A stretch of 64,000 nucleotides of DNA, taken from the NCBI GenBank assembly GCA_964016885.1, contig OZ024741.1, positions 317,936,001-318,000,000 of the forward strand. The letters run 5' to 3'. Of this stretch, positions 12,900 to 24,810 are shown piece by piece; the first letter of the stretch is position 1; the number at the start of each line of letters is the position of its first letter. The notes beneath the pieces are model-generated. The model was not told the origin of the DNA and did not search any database. It saw only the letters and a list, made by a program, of their open reading frames with translations. Both the position numbers and the translations under genes were made by a program. Origin of the DNA: Eledone cirrhosa. Its lineage: Eukaryota.

Positions 12900-13105
12900 T
12901 CACAAACCTTAATCTTCCTGATAAACTTTTCCATTTTTTTCAACCTTCAGACCGCCTCTCTCACTTTTAACTTTACTCTTTCCTGATAAAGGACTAACGT
13001 CCAAGACATTGAGACATTCTTTTACCTTTTCCCACAACTGTGAAACTAATAAAAGTTTGTGTAATTGTTCTCTATGTTTATCTTTGTTTTTTTTTTATTT
13101 TCAAC
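12900..13105 (+). mobile_element. Penelope-like terminal-repeat remnant with decayed hammerhead motif (12979-13014)
   Basis: TTTC-CTGATAA-AGGAC-TAAC-GTCC-AAGA-CATT-GAGA; pyrimidine-rich leader; ends at (TA)n. Confidence 0.5.
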
Positions 13106-13157
<52 letters not shown>

Positions 13158-13653
13158 ATAATAATAAATGTTATTTTAATAAATATATATATATATATAT
13201 ATATATTTTATATAACTTGCATGTGACATGTACACACATTCTCTGGTGTTGGTGAGGAGAGAATGGTGTGGAAAAACAGGGAATTCATCAAGAAAGTGGA
13301 GGTAAAATGTAACAAAAAAAAAACCAAAAAAACATTTCTTCAGAATAGCTTAATACAAAGCTGTAAAGATTTATCTAATCACACAACTGAGTATGTTTTG
13401 ACTTGTGTGTTAGTGTGTGGATGAGCATGTTAGTGTGTTGATGACTATGTGTGAATGTGTTGATCAGTGTTTTCCAAATGTATTGATAGCATTAATTTAA
13501 AGACAAATTTGGTCAAATTCTGAATATGGATGATGATGATGATGATGATGATGACCAGCAGTAAAAAAAATTCTAAAATAAGTTTTAAATAATGGTGGGA
13601 GCATTATTATTATTACTATTTTTTTTTTTAGTATCAACATTATGCTGATAAAT

Positions 13654-15285
13654 TTAAATACAAAGAAAAGTTGCTCCCTGGATAGTTGGGAAAACTGGTG
13701 CCCCTGAATACAGTTGTATACTGGTTGGGTACATTTGAATGGTTGCAGGGTACATCTGAGTGTTGTTAGCAGCAGAAATAATATCTGTTGTAGTAGTATG
13801 TGATGATGGGATATCAAGTTGTGGGGGAGGCTGTACCAATGAGCCGGACGAAGTATCAGAATGATGAGAGTGGGCCAATACGGAGTTTGTAGGAACTAGA
13901 GCAGTTGGAGATGGTACACAGTTGTCATTGTCAGTCATATGTTGTTGATGATGATGAGAATGTAACTGGATTAAATCACTACTATGGGAATCATTACTGG
14001 TATTATTGGTGTCAGGTGATTGCTGTCTACAATCGTCGTTCATTTTGTTGTTGCATTTATTGGCTCGGAGATGCCGCTCTAAGTGATCTTTCCTTGCAAA
14101 TGCAAACTGACATGTCCCACACTTAAACGGTCGCTCTCCAGTGTGGATTCGATGATGAACTTTCAGATGTGATCTTTCCAAAAATGTTTTGTTGCAAAGC
14201 CCGCAAGAGTAGAGCTTCTTGCCAAGATGTGATCTCTGGTGGCGTTTCCATTCCCCTCGGTCAGTGAATACCTGGGAACATATATTACATTTGAATGGTA
14301 ACACAGCAGAGTGGATTCGTTTATGTAAGTCACTATGGTTTCTCTGGGAATAGGCTTTCCAGCAGACATCACAACTGAGAGGATTGTCGTTACTCTTTTC
14401 GCTTGAGCTTTGTGAAGGAATTGTCGTAGATGAGTTATTCATAGAAGGTTTGTCTGAGTTTGTCTTTCCAGTAGAATGAATCCGTTGTCGGTGAACTGTC
14501 AAGTGAGTCCTTTGAGAAAAACATTTCCCACAAGATTCGCACTGAAATGGATTTAGAGCTTTATGTATCCTTTTGTGAACCTCCTGGCTTAACTTAGCTC
14601 TTTGTGTAAATGTGGCCCAACAAACATCACAGTTAAATGGATTTTGAATCTGATGTAATGACTGATTCGCCGTTGATGACAATGATGCTGATGATGATGA
14701 TGAAGTTGACATTTTGGAGTTAGTTTTATGAGACAATGATGGTAAAGAAGTTCCATGGGTTCTCAGGTGTCGTGTCAGATCACCGTTACGGGAAAATGAA
14801 CAAGGACAGATTTGGCATTTGAAAGGTTTATCATTTACTGTGATAACTTTTGATGTTTTAGGTTTTGAGTAATTTGATGCTTGATATGGTGAACTATGGT
14901 GATCATGTGACATACTTGAATGACAAATAGATGATTTCAGAGCCCCATTTGAAAGAGCTTTCCCGTGAATGCCCATGTGCCTAGTTAAGTTACCGTTTCG
15001 TGAAAAAGCATCTCCACACACTTCACATTTGAAAGGCTTTTCTCCACTGTGTGTGACTAGATGTTGTTTTAAATGGGATTTCTGGGCAAAACATTTGCTA
15101 CACATATCACATGCATAAGGCTTATTGGGTGTTCTGTTAAGATGACTGTTGTCACGGTAAGAGAGGTCCAATGTTTGCTCTTGTTCCTCTTGTGGTGAAG
15201 GAGCTCTTTCTTCATCGGTTGGGCTATGAGAGCCATATTTGGAGAAGGATTTCCCACTAATGTTAACAACATATGTTTTCTCCAT
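13654..15285 (-). CDS. C2H2 zinc-finger transcription factor (about 9 fingers, 543 aa, single coding exon); called ZNF-A here
   Basis: Intact ORF with CxxC-x12-HxxxH repeats, SGEKP/TGERP linkers and Ser/His-rich spacers. Confidence 0.95.
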   Translation of the reverse strand: MEKTYVVNISGKSFSKYGSHSPTDEERAPSPQEEQEQTLDLSYRDNSHLNRTPNKPYACDMCSKCFAQKSHLKQHLVTHSGEKPFKCEVCGDAFSRNGNLTRHMGIHGKALSNGALKSSICHSSMSHDHHSSPYQASNYSKPKTSKVITVNDKPFKCQICPCSFSRNGDLTRHLRTHGTSLPSLSHKTNSKMSTSSSSSASLSSTANQSLHQIQNPFNCDVCWATFTQRAKLSQEVHKRIHKALNPFQCESCGKCFSQRTHLTVHRQRIHSTGKTNSDKPSMNNSSTTIPSQSSSEKSNDNPLSCDVCWKAYSQRNHSDLHKRIHSAVLPFKCNICSQVFTDRGEWKRHQRSHLGKKLYSCGLCNKTFLERSHLKVHHRIHTGERPFKCGTCQFAFARKDHLERHLRANKCNNKMNDDCRQQSPDTNNTSNDSHSSDLIQLHSHHHQQHMTDNDNCVPSPTALVPTNSVLAHSHHSDTSSGSLVQPPPQLDIPSSHTTTTDIISAANNTQMYPATIQMYPTSIQLYSGAPVFPTIQGATFLCI

Positions 15286-16033
15286 TGAATTTCAGGTGAG
15301 TCAAATTTCTATCAACAGGTAAAAGGTTTTAATTGATTTCTCAACAACTTAGTTCAATCCTTTTGATACCAAACAACTTGAAACTACCCCTGGTTCTACA
15401 ATACAAAACAGTTTTTTTAAATGCTTATAGTTATCTAAAAACTTTCCATCATAATTTTACGTAAGAACCTTTGTTAAGGTATGTTCCAACACACCAGTTT
15501 AATAATGAGAAAGTTAGTTGTATTACTACATCCTTCCAAATTCTCTATTTTCAGAATTATTGAAAAATCATAGGCAATGTTGTTCATTAGAAATATGATA
15601 ACAATTAAAATACTAAAAATAAACTGAGAAATAATTTTAAATGGATTCTAATTTATTTATTATTCTGCTTTTCATCTCATTAATTTCGTTAGTAATGTTG
15701 TAAACAATTAACTTCATTAGTAAATGCTGTAAACACTTTGCTTTCAATGGCCTTTTCCCATCAAAAAGATTCAACAGATAAATTGAATTTTAACAAAAGC
15801 AAAGTCATTAGATACATTTGTTTATAAACTTTTAAAAAATAATCAAAATCTTATACAGCATATTTTAAAAATATTTTCCCAAACAGACTTTTGATTCAGA
15901 ACTTAGAACAGAGCAACTGAGTTTTCAGATTGATTACATTTCCTAAGTTTTATTATTCCTTCAAATTAATGTTAAATTACTTTTATTTGTCTCATTTTCC
16001 AGCTTCTTTCATAAACGTCTCCAACATGAATAT
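15286..16033 (-). other. Putative 5' UTR part of the ZNF-A coding exon (splice acceptor at 16034-16035)
   Basis: Minus strand TTATTTTCTTTCTCTTTTATTCTTCAG|ATATTC; a weaker alternative acceptor TTTTACCTGTTGATAG lies at 15309-15310. Confidence 0.55.
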
Positions 16034-16077
16034 CTGAAGAATAAAAGAGAAAGAAAATAATGTTGAGATACAATAAT

Positions 16078-16440
16078 GATTTCTAATTTAGGCACAAGGT
16101 CAGCAATTTGTGGGTGGGTGGCTGGAGATGAAAGGAAAGCCAATTTAACTCTTAAGCATTTACATAATTACCTCATATAATATCAAATCTAAGAGATTTT
16201 GATATTATTTATTTTGAGAGCAATACCTTAACATCAGTATGAGAGGCCAGTTACGGCCGGTTTGCACAGAAAGAGGTAAGAGAATTCTGACCAGATATGG
16301 CCAGTTTAAATGCTAAAGGATTAAATTTACCCCAGTATTTGATTGGTATTTTATTTCATCAACCATGGAAGGATGAAAAGCAAAGTTGACCATGGTGGGA
16401 TTTGAACTCAGAAGATAAAGAGCTGGAAAAAACATTGCAA
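16078..16440 (-). mobile_element. SINE family 1 interrupted by MITE A (16149-16320) at a TTAA
   Basis: SINE halves flank TTAA|CTCTTAAGCATTTA...TAAATGCTAAAGGA|TTAA. Confidence 0.8.
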
Positions 16441-17080
16441 ATGAAGGGCATACTATATGACGCCTATATATATGAAGTGTTATGTCTCATGGTAGTGAGA
16501 TGTGGGCATTGAATGCAGAGGATGTGTGAAAGTTATAAAGAAATGAGGTTAGCATGCTCTGCTAGATGTGTAATGTTAGTGTGCATGAACACTGAAACAC
16601 ACGAGTTGAAGGAAAAACTAGGCATAAAAAGAAACAGATGCAGTGTGCATGAGAGAAGATTGCACTGGTATGGACATGTGATCATCACATGTCTATTTTT
16701 TTGATCTGACAGGCTGTCATGTACTGAATCTATATAAGTCAGGTGACCATGATTGGCTCATACATTTTATTCTGGCATGCTCTTCCTAAAACCAACCACT
16801 ACATGTGTGTTTTACTGTAGCACTGCCTCTACCACCTGACAGAGTGCATATGGATAATAATCATTGGGTGAGTAAGTGCCAGTAGATCCAAGAAGGAAGA
16901 TGGAGAAGAGGAAGACAAAGGAAAATCTAGGCCGTAGTAGAGAAAGCTATTCTGAGAATGCTGAACATCACAGAAGAAATAAGAAAAGAATGCAACAGGT
17001 GGAGGAAAGCTATGCTAGAGACAACTCATCTAAGCCATGCTAACATGGAAAGGTGGATGTAAAAATGATGATGATGATGA
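16440..17080 (+). mobile_element. RTE LINE 3' fragments
   Basis: ELKEKLGIK...ERRLHWYGHV; 3' end CATGCTAACATGGAA...AAATGATGATGATG. Confidence 0.75.
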
Positions 17081-17229
17081 CCAACAACAAATCTGTGAAA
17101 ATGAAGACATCAAAAGTGGTAGACTCAAGAACCTAATGACTAATTCATACACTCCATTGCCTATGGTAATGGAATAATGTATGCACAGGGGACACCAACA
17201 ATAACAATTGTTAATTCTGTTAGCATGTA

Positions 17230-17990
17230 GGTGCTGTGTGCTTATACAGTGTGTTGTTTAAGAGTGTTGCAAAGTCATGATATATCACATCCATGATTAA
17301 GTGTCTTAGTGATTGTATCAGTACTCAGTCATAATACTGTTAAAATTGTGATGAATGAAAGCCATGCTGGGTGTCAGTCAGCAGGTCCTGTTATTTTCTT
17401 CCAGGAACATAATGGGCTTCCCTCTGATAACTCATTCCATGATTTTACTGATGTATGAGGTCAGAAAGACAAGCCTGTAATTTTTAGCATCTGCTCTGTT
17501 TCTTCCTTTATGGATAGAGCATATTATGTTTTTCTTTAACTTTCCAGGAAATTTACCACAACAAAAGCCTTGGAAAAGAATCTGTAATGCTTTTGCTATG
17601 GCTTATTTGTATGTTTTTAGGGGGATTCCTGGGAGCCTGTCGGGATCAGTAACTAAATTTGAACTGATTTCAACTATGATTAATTTCAACATCTTCCTCC
17701 TTTATATCGATGTAATAGATGGTAGCCATTTCTGAGTGTATAGTTGTAGTGCCAAAGAACTTATCTCATTTATTTATTTGAATCTGTTCCAGTTGGGGGT
17801 GAAAACACTTTTGTATTTCTCATCAGTTAGTGAGCTCTTCTCTTGAAGTAGTGGCCCTATATTGTGGTGTACTGTAGTGCAAATTTATAGAAACTTTTAG
17901 GGTCTGTTTTTATGCAATTGGTTTCCCTTTCTGCACTTACCAGTTTGTGTGAGTGTTTGAATTTTTTTTTTTTTCAATTTCTAACAGTGC
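17230..17990 (-). pseudogene. Highly degenerate CR1/L2/Jockey-like LINE RT fragment
   Basis: Minus-strand remnants IKTDPKSFYKFA and residues resembling the GPD and NYRP.SLT motifs. Confidence 0.5.
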
Positions 17991-18538
17991 CTTTTTAAAG
18001 TGGAATTTTCCGCTGTTCTTAAGTAGTCCATTTAAGCAGTTTGAGATCTTTGTTCTTTGTCTCATAAGAACGTTTGTCTCTGAGGATTTTGTTTTTATGT
18101 GTTTTGGCTTTTCTTACTGGGATAAGTTTAATTGATATAGCTTGCATGATAAAATAAAGTACCAGTAATGTACTGGGATAATTGGCCTTGTGCCAAAAGT
18201 AGAAACAATTATTAACATAAATTGTGTCCTGTACCACACGAAACCACATTAGCAAGACATTCTTGAAAAGTGCAAAACAACACCATTTTTGCATCACATA
18301 CAATTTTTTACAATGGTCTTGTAAAGACACTGTAAATATACTATAGCAAAAATACTATAAATTATTAGTAACATTATTATAAACTTTTGAATAAAGAAAC
18401 CTGTTTTTAGATATTTTTTCTAAATCATTACAGGATATTAAGAGACAATATTGCAAATGTTCACAATCTGTCTGCTTGTAAAGATACTATAAATATTTGA
18501 ATTAACAAGCCAGAGACATTCAGACTAGTTTTGTTTAA

Positions 18539-18745
18539 TCCTTTAGCATTTACATTACTCTATATATACTATTATATTTTTGCAATAAAGGCTTTATCTC
18601 ACATATCTCACATAATATTGAATCTATGAGATATTGATATTATCTATTTTGAGAACAATACCTTAACATAAGTATGAGCAGCCAGTTTGAACAGAAAGCG
18701 GTGAGAGAATTCTGGCTGGATACAGCCGATTTAAATGTTAAAGGG
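18539..18745 (-). mobile_element. MITE family A
   Basis: TTAA|TCCTTTAGCATTTAC...TTAAATGTTAAAGGG. Confidence 0.85.
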
Positions 18746-19149
18746 TCAAGGATCTCTTCCTGAGTCAATTTCCAGTTAGTTTTATGAAAGTTCCAGCTAG
18801 CTTTGTGAAAGTTCAGACTGGATAGAGTTTGAACACTTCCAGTAGGTTGCCTGGTTAGCTGTCTACCATTGAAAAGGCCACTGGTTAATGAAGAGAGAGC
18901 CATGTGCTACTGTTTGGTTGCAAGGAGGGCCAAAGGCATGTGAGACAGTGCTGATCAAGTGTTTAGTTAGAACAGTAAAGAAATGAATTAAAACGGAAAG
19001 TGCAAATTATGAAGAATAAGTGGAATTAGAGGTACTGTCAATATCGAAATTATAAAGTTATAAAGATGTAAAATGGAGCAATATACCCTTAAACATATAT
19101 ACCCATGTGTACACACATACAAAGTTACATACACACACACACATATATA

Positions 19150-19960
19150 TCATCATCATCATCGTTTAACGTCCATGTTCCACGCTTGCATGGGTTTGGA
19201 CGGGAGTTTTCCCACTTGAGGCAAGAGTGGTTGTCTTGCTCGCATAGGACTGTCTGGCGGGTTTTCTACAGTTGGATGCCCTTCCTAACACCAACCACAT
19301 TTACAGTGTGGGGCTGGGAGGTTTTTACCGTGTTGCCTACACGGCCACATTACAGCGTGGACTGTCTGGCGGGTTTTCTACAGCTGGATGCCCTTCCTAA
19401 CACCAACCACATTTACAGTGTGGGACTGGGAGGTTTTTACCGTGTTACCTACACGGCCACATTACAGCGTGGACTGTGTTTTTTTTGTCCTGACACCTAC
19501 ACGATCTCATATGTTTCGGCCTGGATGTTGTGGCACCAACATAACTTCACATTGAAAGGGGCGGTGTGGATGGGGTGGGGGTGGTGGGACGGGGGTGTAT
19601 TTTGTTAGAGATGCCTGCTGACTGTAGTAGGTTTTACTTTGTATTTAGGTAAGGCGGGTCTTCTCTATTACTGAGTACCGCCAAAGGTCTCGGTCCAGTG
19701 ACATTGTCTTGGAGAGGTGTAAGTGTGTGAGGTCGGAGTTTATCAGCTCGTCCCAGGTTTTTCTGGGTCTGCCTACTCCGTGGCTACCATCTATCTTTAT
19801 TGCCCTGCACTTTGCTATACAGCTGCCGTCTTTCATGCGCATCACGTGACCGTACCAACGTAGCCTTCTCTCGAGTAAACAACATCTGATCCCTCTTATT
19901 TCTAATTTTTTCCTTAGTTCGTTTATGCTTTGCCGTTCACGTATATTACTATTACATGCT
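19150..19960 (-). mobile_element. Relatively young 5'-truncated RTE LINE (C-terminus + 3' UTR with about 111-bp internal duplication)
   Basis: ORF ...INELRKKLEIRGIRCCLLERRLRWYGHVMRMKD...GRPRKTW; CpGs retained; (GAT)n tail at 19150. Confidence 0.9.
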
Positions 19961-21179
19961 TTGCCGTTCACGTATATATATATATATATAAATAGATATA
20001 ATAATATAATATATATATCATCATCATCAACACTTAATATGTTTTCCCAGCTAGCAAAGATTGAACAGCTAGTCACAGAGCAAGTCAATACTACAAATCT
20101 GAGCTACCAACTCCTAAGATGGGCCAGTGAGCGCATCTTCCTTTTATACATTACCACACTTATAAGAGTGTACTGGGTGTGTTTTATTGTAACATCAGCA
20201 CTAGGGAAGTTGTGATGTTTTTGTCATAACTGAAGAATCTTCTAGACCTTTTGTTTGGCAAGTTTTCTATGGCTGGATGCCTTTCCTATCAGCACACCAT
20301 ATGCTCTTGTGATATATATGCTTGGAAGGTTCTCTCAACCCTTTTGAGGATGGTTTCTAACCCTGGCAACCATTCTTCACATTAATCACTTTACTCTGTG
20401 TACAGTGTGTTTTACTGTGTCCTTGACATGGCTGAAGGATCATCTCAGTCCTTTGTATGGCAAGATTTACACAGCTGCATGCCCATCCTAACACCAACCA
20501 CTTTACAGAGTGTAATGAGTGTCTTTTATTATAGCACCAACATTAGAGGGGTTGTTGTCATTGACTCAATTGGTGAACACTTTCTACTCTGTAAGAGAGG
20601 GGTGGTGGCTGATGATCTGTGCCAAGTGAGAGATGTTTAGGGTAGGTGTGGGCATAAGAAGGCCTATAAGTATGTAAATGTGTAGGTGGGAAAGAAGAAC
20701 AGTTATATGATAACTATGTCTAGTGAGGTAGGATTTAATGGGAGGTGCTGTGAATGAGTACACAGAATATATACACATATACATACACACACACTTATGC
20801 ATATATATATTAACTTCATCGTTTTTCTTTATATATATATATACGGTATATAAACTCATATATATGTATACACTACACACACATATATAGTCATATATTT
20901 CCCCACATGTACATTTTGTGGAAATAACAGAAAAAATATTCCACATACACACACACACATATATATATATATATACACACACACACATATATATTGGTAT
21001 GTTGTTGACGGTCGAGAGAAAAGAGTACTCAATACCGAAGTAGAGTTTTAATATGTGATAAACAGGCGAAACGCAAGAGAAACAAGACCCACTTTTTAGG
21101 CTATTTCTGAACGTCGAAAAGGCTTGGGCTCTGCCGTCGGGGTTAAACATTTTCCGATATATAATCATATATATATATA

Positions 21180-21283
21180 TTAGTGGCTTGAATGCCATGA
21201 GATTTTTTTTTAACAAATGCACTCTACAAAACCAGTTTTGTAGAGTGCATTAAGCAAGAAACTCCTGGCCCTCGGGCCACTGG
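21180..21283. mobile_element. About 100-bp fully palindromic MITE (TA-flanked)
   Basis: Perfect 17-bp core AATGCACTCTACAAAAC-CA-GTTTTGTAGAGTGCATT (21216-21251), extended by imperfect arms TAGTGGCTTGA.../...TCGGGCCACTG. Confidence 0.65.
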
Positions 21284-22563
21284 TATAGCTTCGCAGCTAT
21301 AACAAAATATAATATACATTAGTCTACCCAAGCATTTAGTTTTCTCCCATTTTACACCGTCAAACGCAGATATAAATATACCTACACACACACACACATT
21401 ACCCGTTCGTTAGGGTTTACAAAAGCAAGGAAAAAGTACTCAAGTAGAGAATATTATATATTTATTATATTACTGAAATTACTTTCTGTTGCTAACCTTA
21501 ATGTTATTTAAACCTGCTTTTGATTTAATTCTGAAATTCTATAGTAGAACGACAGACAATTAAATTATGAACATAGGATGGATGCTGAAATGACTAGTAT
21601 ATATAATGCAACGAGCGAGTGTGACAGAGATGTGAGGATGGAGGGAGGAGGTCTTGTTTCGGACTGACCATTTTCCATTTGTAATACAGACTGACCACTA
21701 CATAAATCTACAACTATATATATATATATATAGTGTTTATATTAATAGTTTGACTTATTTCTGCCTTATCAGTGGTTTCAATACGTAAACATGTCTAGTA
21801 CCCTCAGAAATATATGTATATGTATGTATGTATATACAGAGGGATGGAGAGGGTAGGAAGAAGGTAAATAATAAAGAAAACGTGTAAGTAAAAGGTTGTA
21901 TTGTCAAGGTAAATATAAGAGAATGGAGTGAAAGAAGCATTACCTTGGAATTTAAACAATGGACATGTGGGAGAGAAAAGCGCGTAAAGCAAGAACAATG
22001 TCCAGATAGATGGTTCTAGTGTGCATGGGGGGGACAAGACTGATGGTAGATGAAGAAAGCCAGGCTGGCAGCTATAAGAAACGGGGGAAAATGTGTAAAC
22101 GAATGGCGAGTGAAGGACAGAGATAGATGGGGAGGGGGTATATTGGACAAAATGATAATGACGTGAGTATCCTTACATAGGTAGATAATAGGTTCATTGT
22201 ATATTGATTATAGCTAAAACAATTCATGCATTTGTGGGGTGCCGTTTATTTACTCAGAAAATAAAATTTACTCTCTACTAACACGCATTGAGTGCCCATT
22301 CAGTTGATGTTTTAACCCCCGTTAAGGGTTTTAAAAAATATTTCTATTTTAGAATATTTAATGGATCGAAATAATCAACAAAGTATGAACGGAGGAGATA
22401 AAAAAAAAAAAGATTGATTTCTGTGCATACAGGAATAAAGTGAAGATGTATCTATCTATGTAAGGCTAGAGAGTAAAAGATATGACTGATGTAGACCATA
22501 CAAGGGATGATAACCCATTTCACAATATGAAACACACACAAAAAAAAAAAATATTTTGCTTAC

Positions 22564-22990
22564 CTTTTGCAGTCTCTCTCTTTCTTTCTTCTTTTTAAAT
22601 CGTCCTTGCAACATTCTATTATATATATTATTAATATTATAGCGATGTAATTATCTCACAGTTGATGGAAAAGATAGGAAAACTTTTTGCAAAGAATGAT
22701 TATGAATCAAGTGAAAAATGTCTAGAGTAAGGAGCAGAGACTGAAGGAGTAATTATAAACACAGTGTCCGAAGTTGGCAATTCAGTTTAGTGTTGGTATA
22801 AACACAGGGGCAGATAATGCGACGACGACAAGCACTGAGCGCCTTCAGCAATTTAATTACCAATTCTGCCATCCCTATCAACATTCATTTAGAAAATTCT
22901 TACTTTTGTATATTCTTAACAAATTTATTATTCATATTTTATTTTTATTTCGAAGAATTTGGGAAATTTTGCAACGATTCTGATTGTCAC
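22564..22990 (-). other. Putative non-coding first exon of ZNF-A (donor at 22564/22563); 5' end uncertain
   Basis: Minus strand AAAG|GTAAGC; non-repetitive CpG-retaining sequence. Confidence 0.5.
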
Positions 22991-23018
22991 ATCATACAAT
23001 AGGTATTTTTAATATTTT

Positions 23019-23061
<43 letters not shown>

Positions 23062-23960
23062 CACACATAGATATGCATATATATATACATATATATACAC
23101 ACATAGATATGCATATATATATATACACTCACATAGATATGCATATATATATATGTATGCATATTACACACATACGCGTACACATATCTACCGCTGCTAT
23201 TGTAAACTTATATATAGTTTGTTTTTCCAACGGTGAAGAGATATATTACATTCCCAGTCTATATTCTCTTATATGTCGATTACGTAAACGTTTTCTCAGA
23301 AACATTCAAAGAAATTCATTCACTGGATAAGGAAAGACTTATAAATAATAATAAATTACTGTTTTTTTCATGTATTTCATAAGGAATTATTGCGTTATTA
23401 TTTTCGAAAGTGGTCATGAAACGAATTCTTAAATTTTTTGGGGTGGAAGAAAGTAAAGTTGAGATGTTCAAACTTAGTTCCCCAAAGAATAAGCAAACGT
23501 AAGCGAATTGAAGGATTCCTTCTTCAAATCGAAACTCGATTGGCATCTTAATACGCCAATGAGATGATCACTGTTTCCCCAAATTTATTGATTCCTAACT
23601 TACAAATAATTGTTTCTACTTTAGGCACAAGGCCAGCAATTACTCAGTACATTACTGGTACTTTATTTTATCGACCCCGTAAGGATGAAAGGCAAAGTTG
23701 ACCTCGGTGGGATTTGAACTCAGAATGGAAAGGGCCGTAATTCTATAACTTACAAATAATGAAATTAAATATCTATAATTCCTTTTATATAAATATAACA
23801 CGTATTCAAGGGGTCGTAATAGATAATGTTGTCCTAGATACTTATGCGGTGGGGGAAGGAAAGATGAAATGGTCACAGATGGAACGTCTTCCACCATAAA
23901 CATGTCTTCTATCTGGACTGGACCGAAGTTAAGTGACAACAATTATTACATCATAAATAG
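22700..23960 (-). promoter_or_regulatory. Putative promoter region of ZNF-A (CpG-retaining)
   Basis: Visibly higher CpG frequency than flanks; the resident SINE at 23610-23740 keeps its CpGs (ATCGACCCCG, CCTCGG). Confidence 0.45.
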
Positions 23961-24810
23961 GAAAACGAGGGCAAATATCATAATAGAAAGAAACAGTACA
24001 TGCACATACTTTATATACATAATATATTATTTGGTCGGCTGGATTGCCTGGACCAAATCCACTCTTCCCTTCCAGATGTCACGATCTTCCAAGGTATTCT
24101 TGAGACAGCTGATCAATGTAGGTCATACTCAGTTGTCCTGCTAGGGTCTTACAATGTCTTGGTATCCACAACAGTAGGCAGCTCATCAGCTTATTGTTAC
24201 TTCAGTAGCAGTATCCAGCATATCTTCTCATATGCTCCCTAGTTATTCTGGTAATTTAGATATATGGCCATATATAGCTCTTCCTTTGTTGGATGATGCT
24301 TTCACAATTCGTCGAGTATTGTGTGCAGCATACTAGTGTAAGTTCCATCCAGTTTGTTTGCAAGCTTTCTAATCATTGTCCATGCTGATGAACTGTACAG
24401 TAGAATGGTTTCCACAGTTGCTTGGAAGAAGTTCTGCTATATTTTTTCATTTAGTAATGATTTCCATATTTGCCTTAGCATGTCAAGAGCACTCCAGGCT
24501 TTGGCAATACAGATCATCATATGTGAAATGTTCAACTTTCTTTAGAGGTGATCTGTTAAGTGCACATATTCCACCATCTTGGTTGAAGCTTATGTACTCT
24601 GTTTTTGTTGCATTCTCATAGGTACCAACCCCTGCAGCTGTCTCTTTCAGTACATGCAGTAGCTTCTCTGCATCTGCGATCTTGTCAGTGAAGAGAACAA
24701 AGTCATTCGCTATTCAGCATCGGTGATTTTCTCTGCTTTATGCTTCTTGCTTTCTGTAAAACAGATGTTGTTGTGCAGTTCTACTGAAGTACAACGGACA
24801 TAGTCCAGAG

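Noticed and set aside
15277-15325. + strand TTTCAG|GTGAGT and AACAG|GTAAAA (recursive-splice-like) overlapping the ZNF-A start
   Set aside because: On the non-coding strand with no supporting + strand gene structure; plausible by chance
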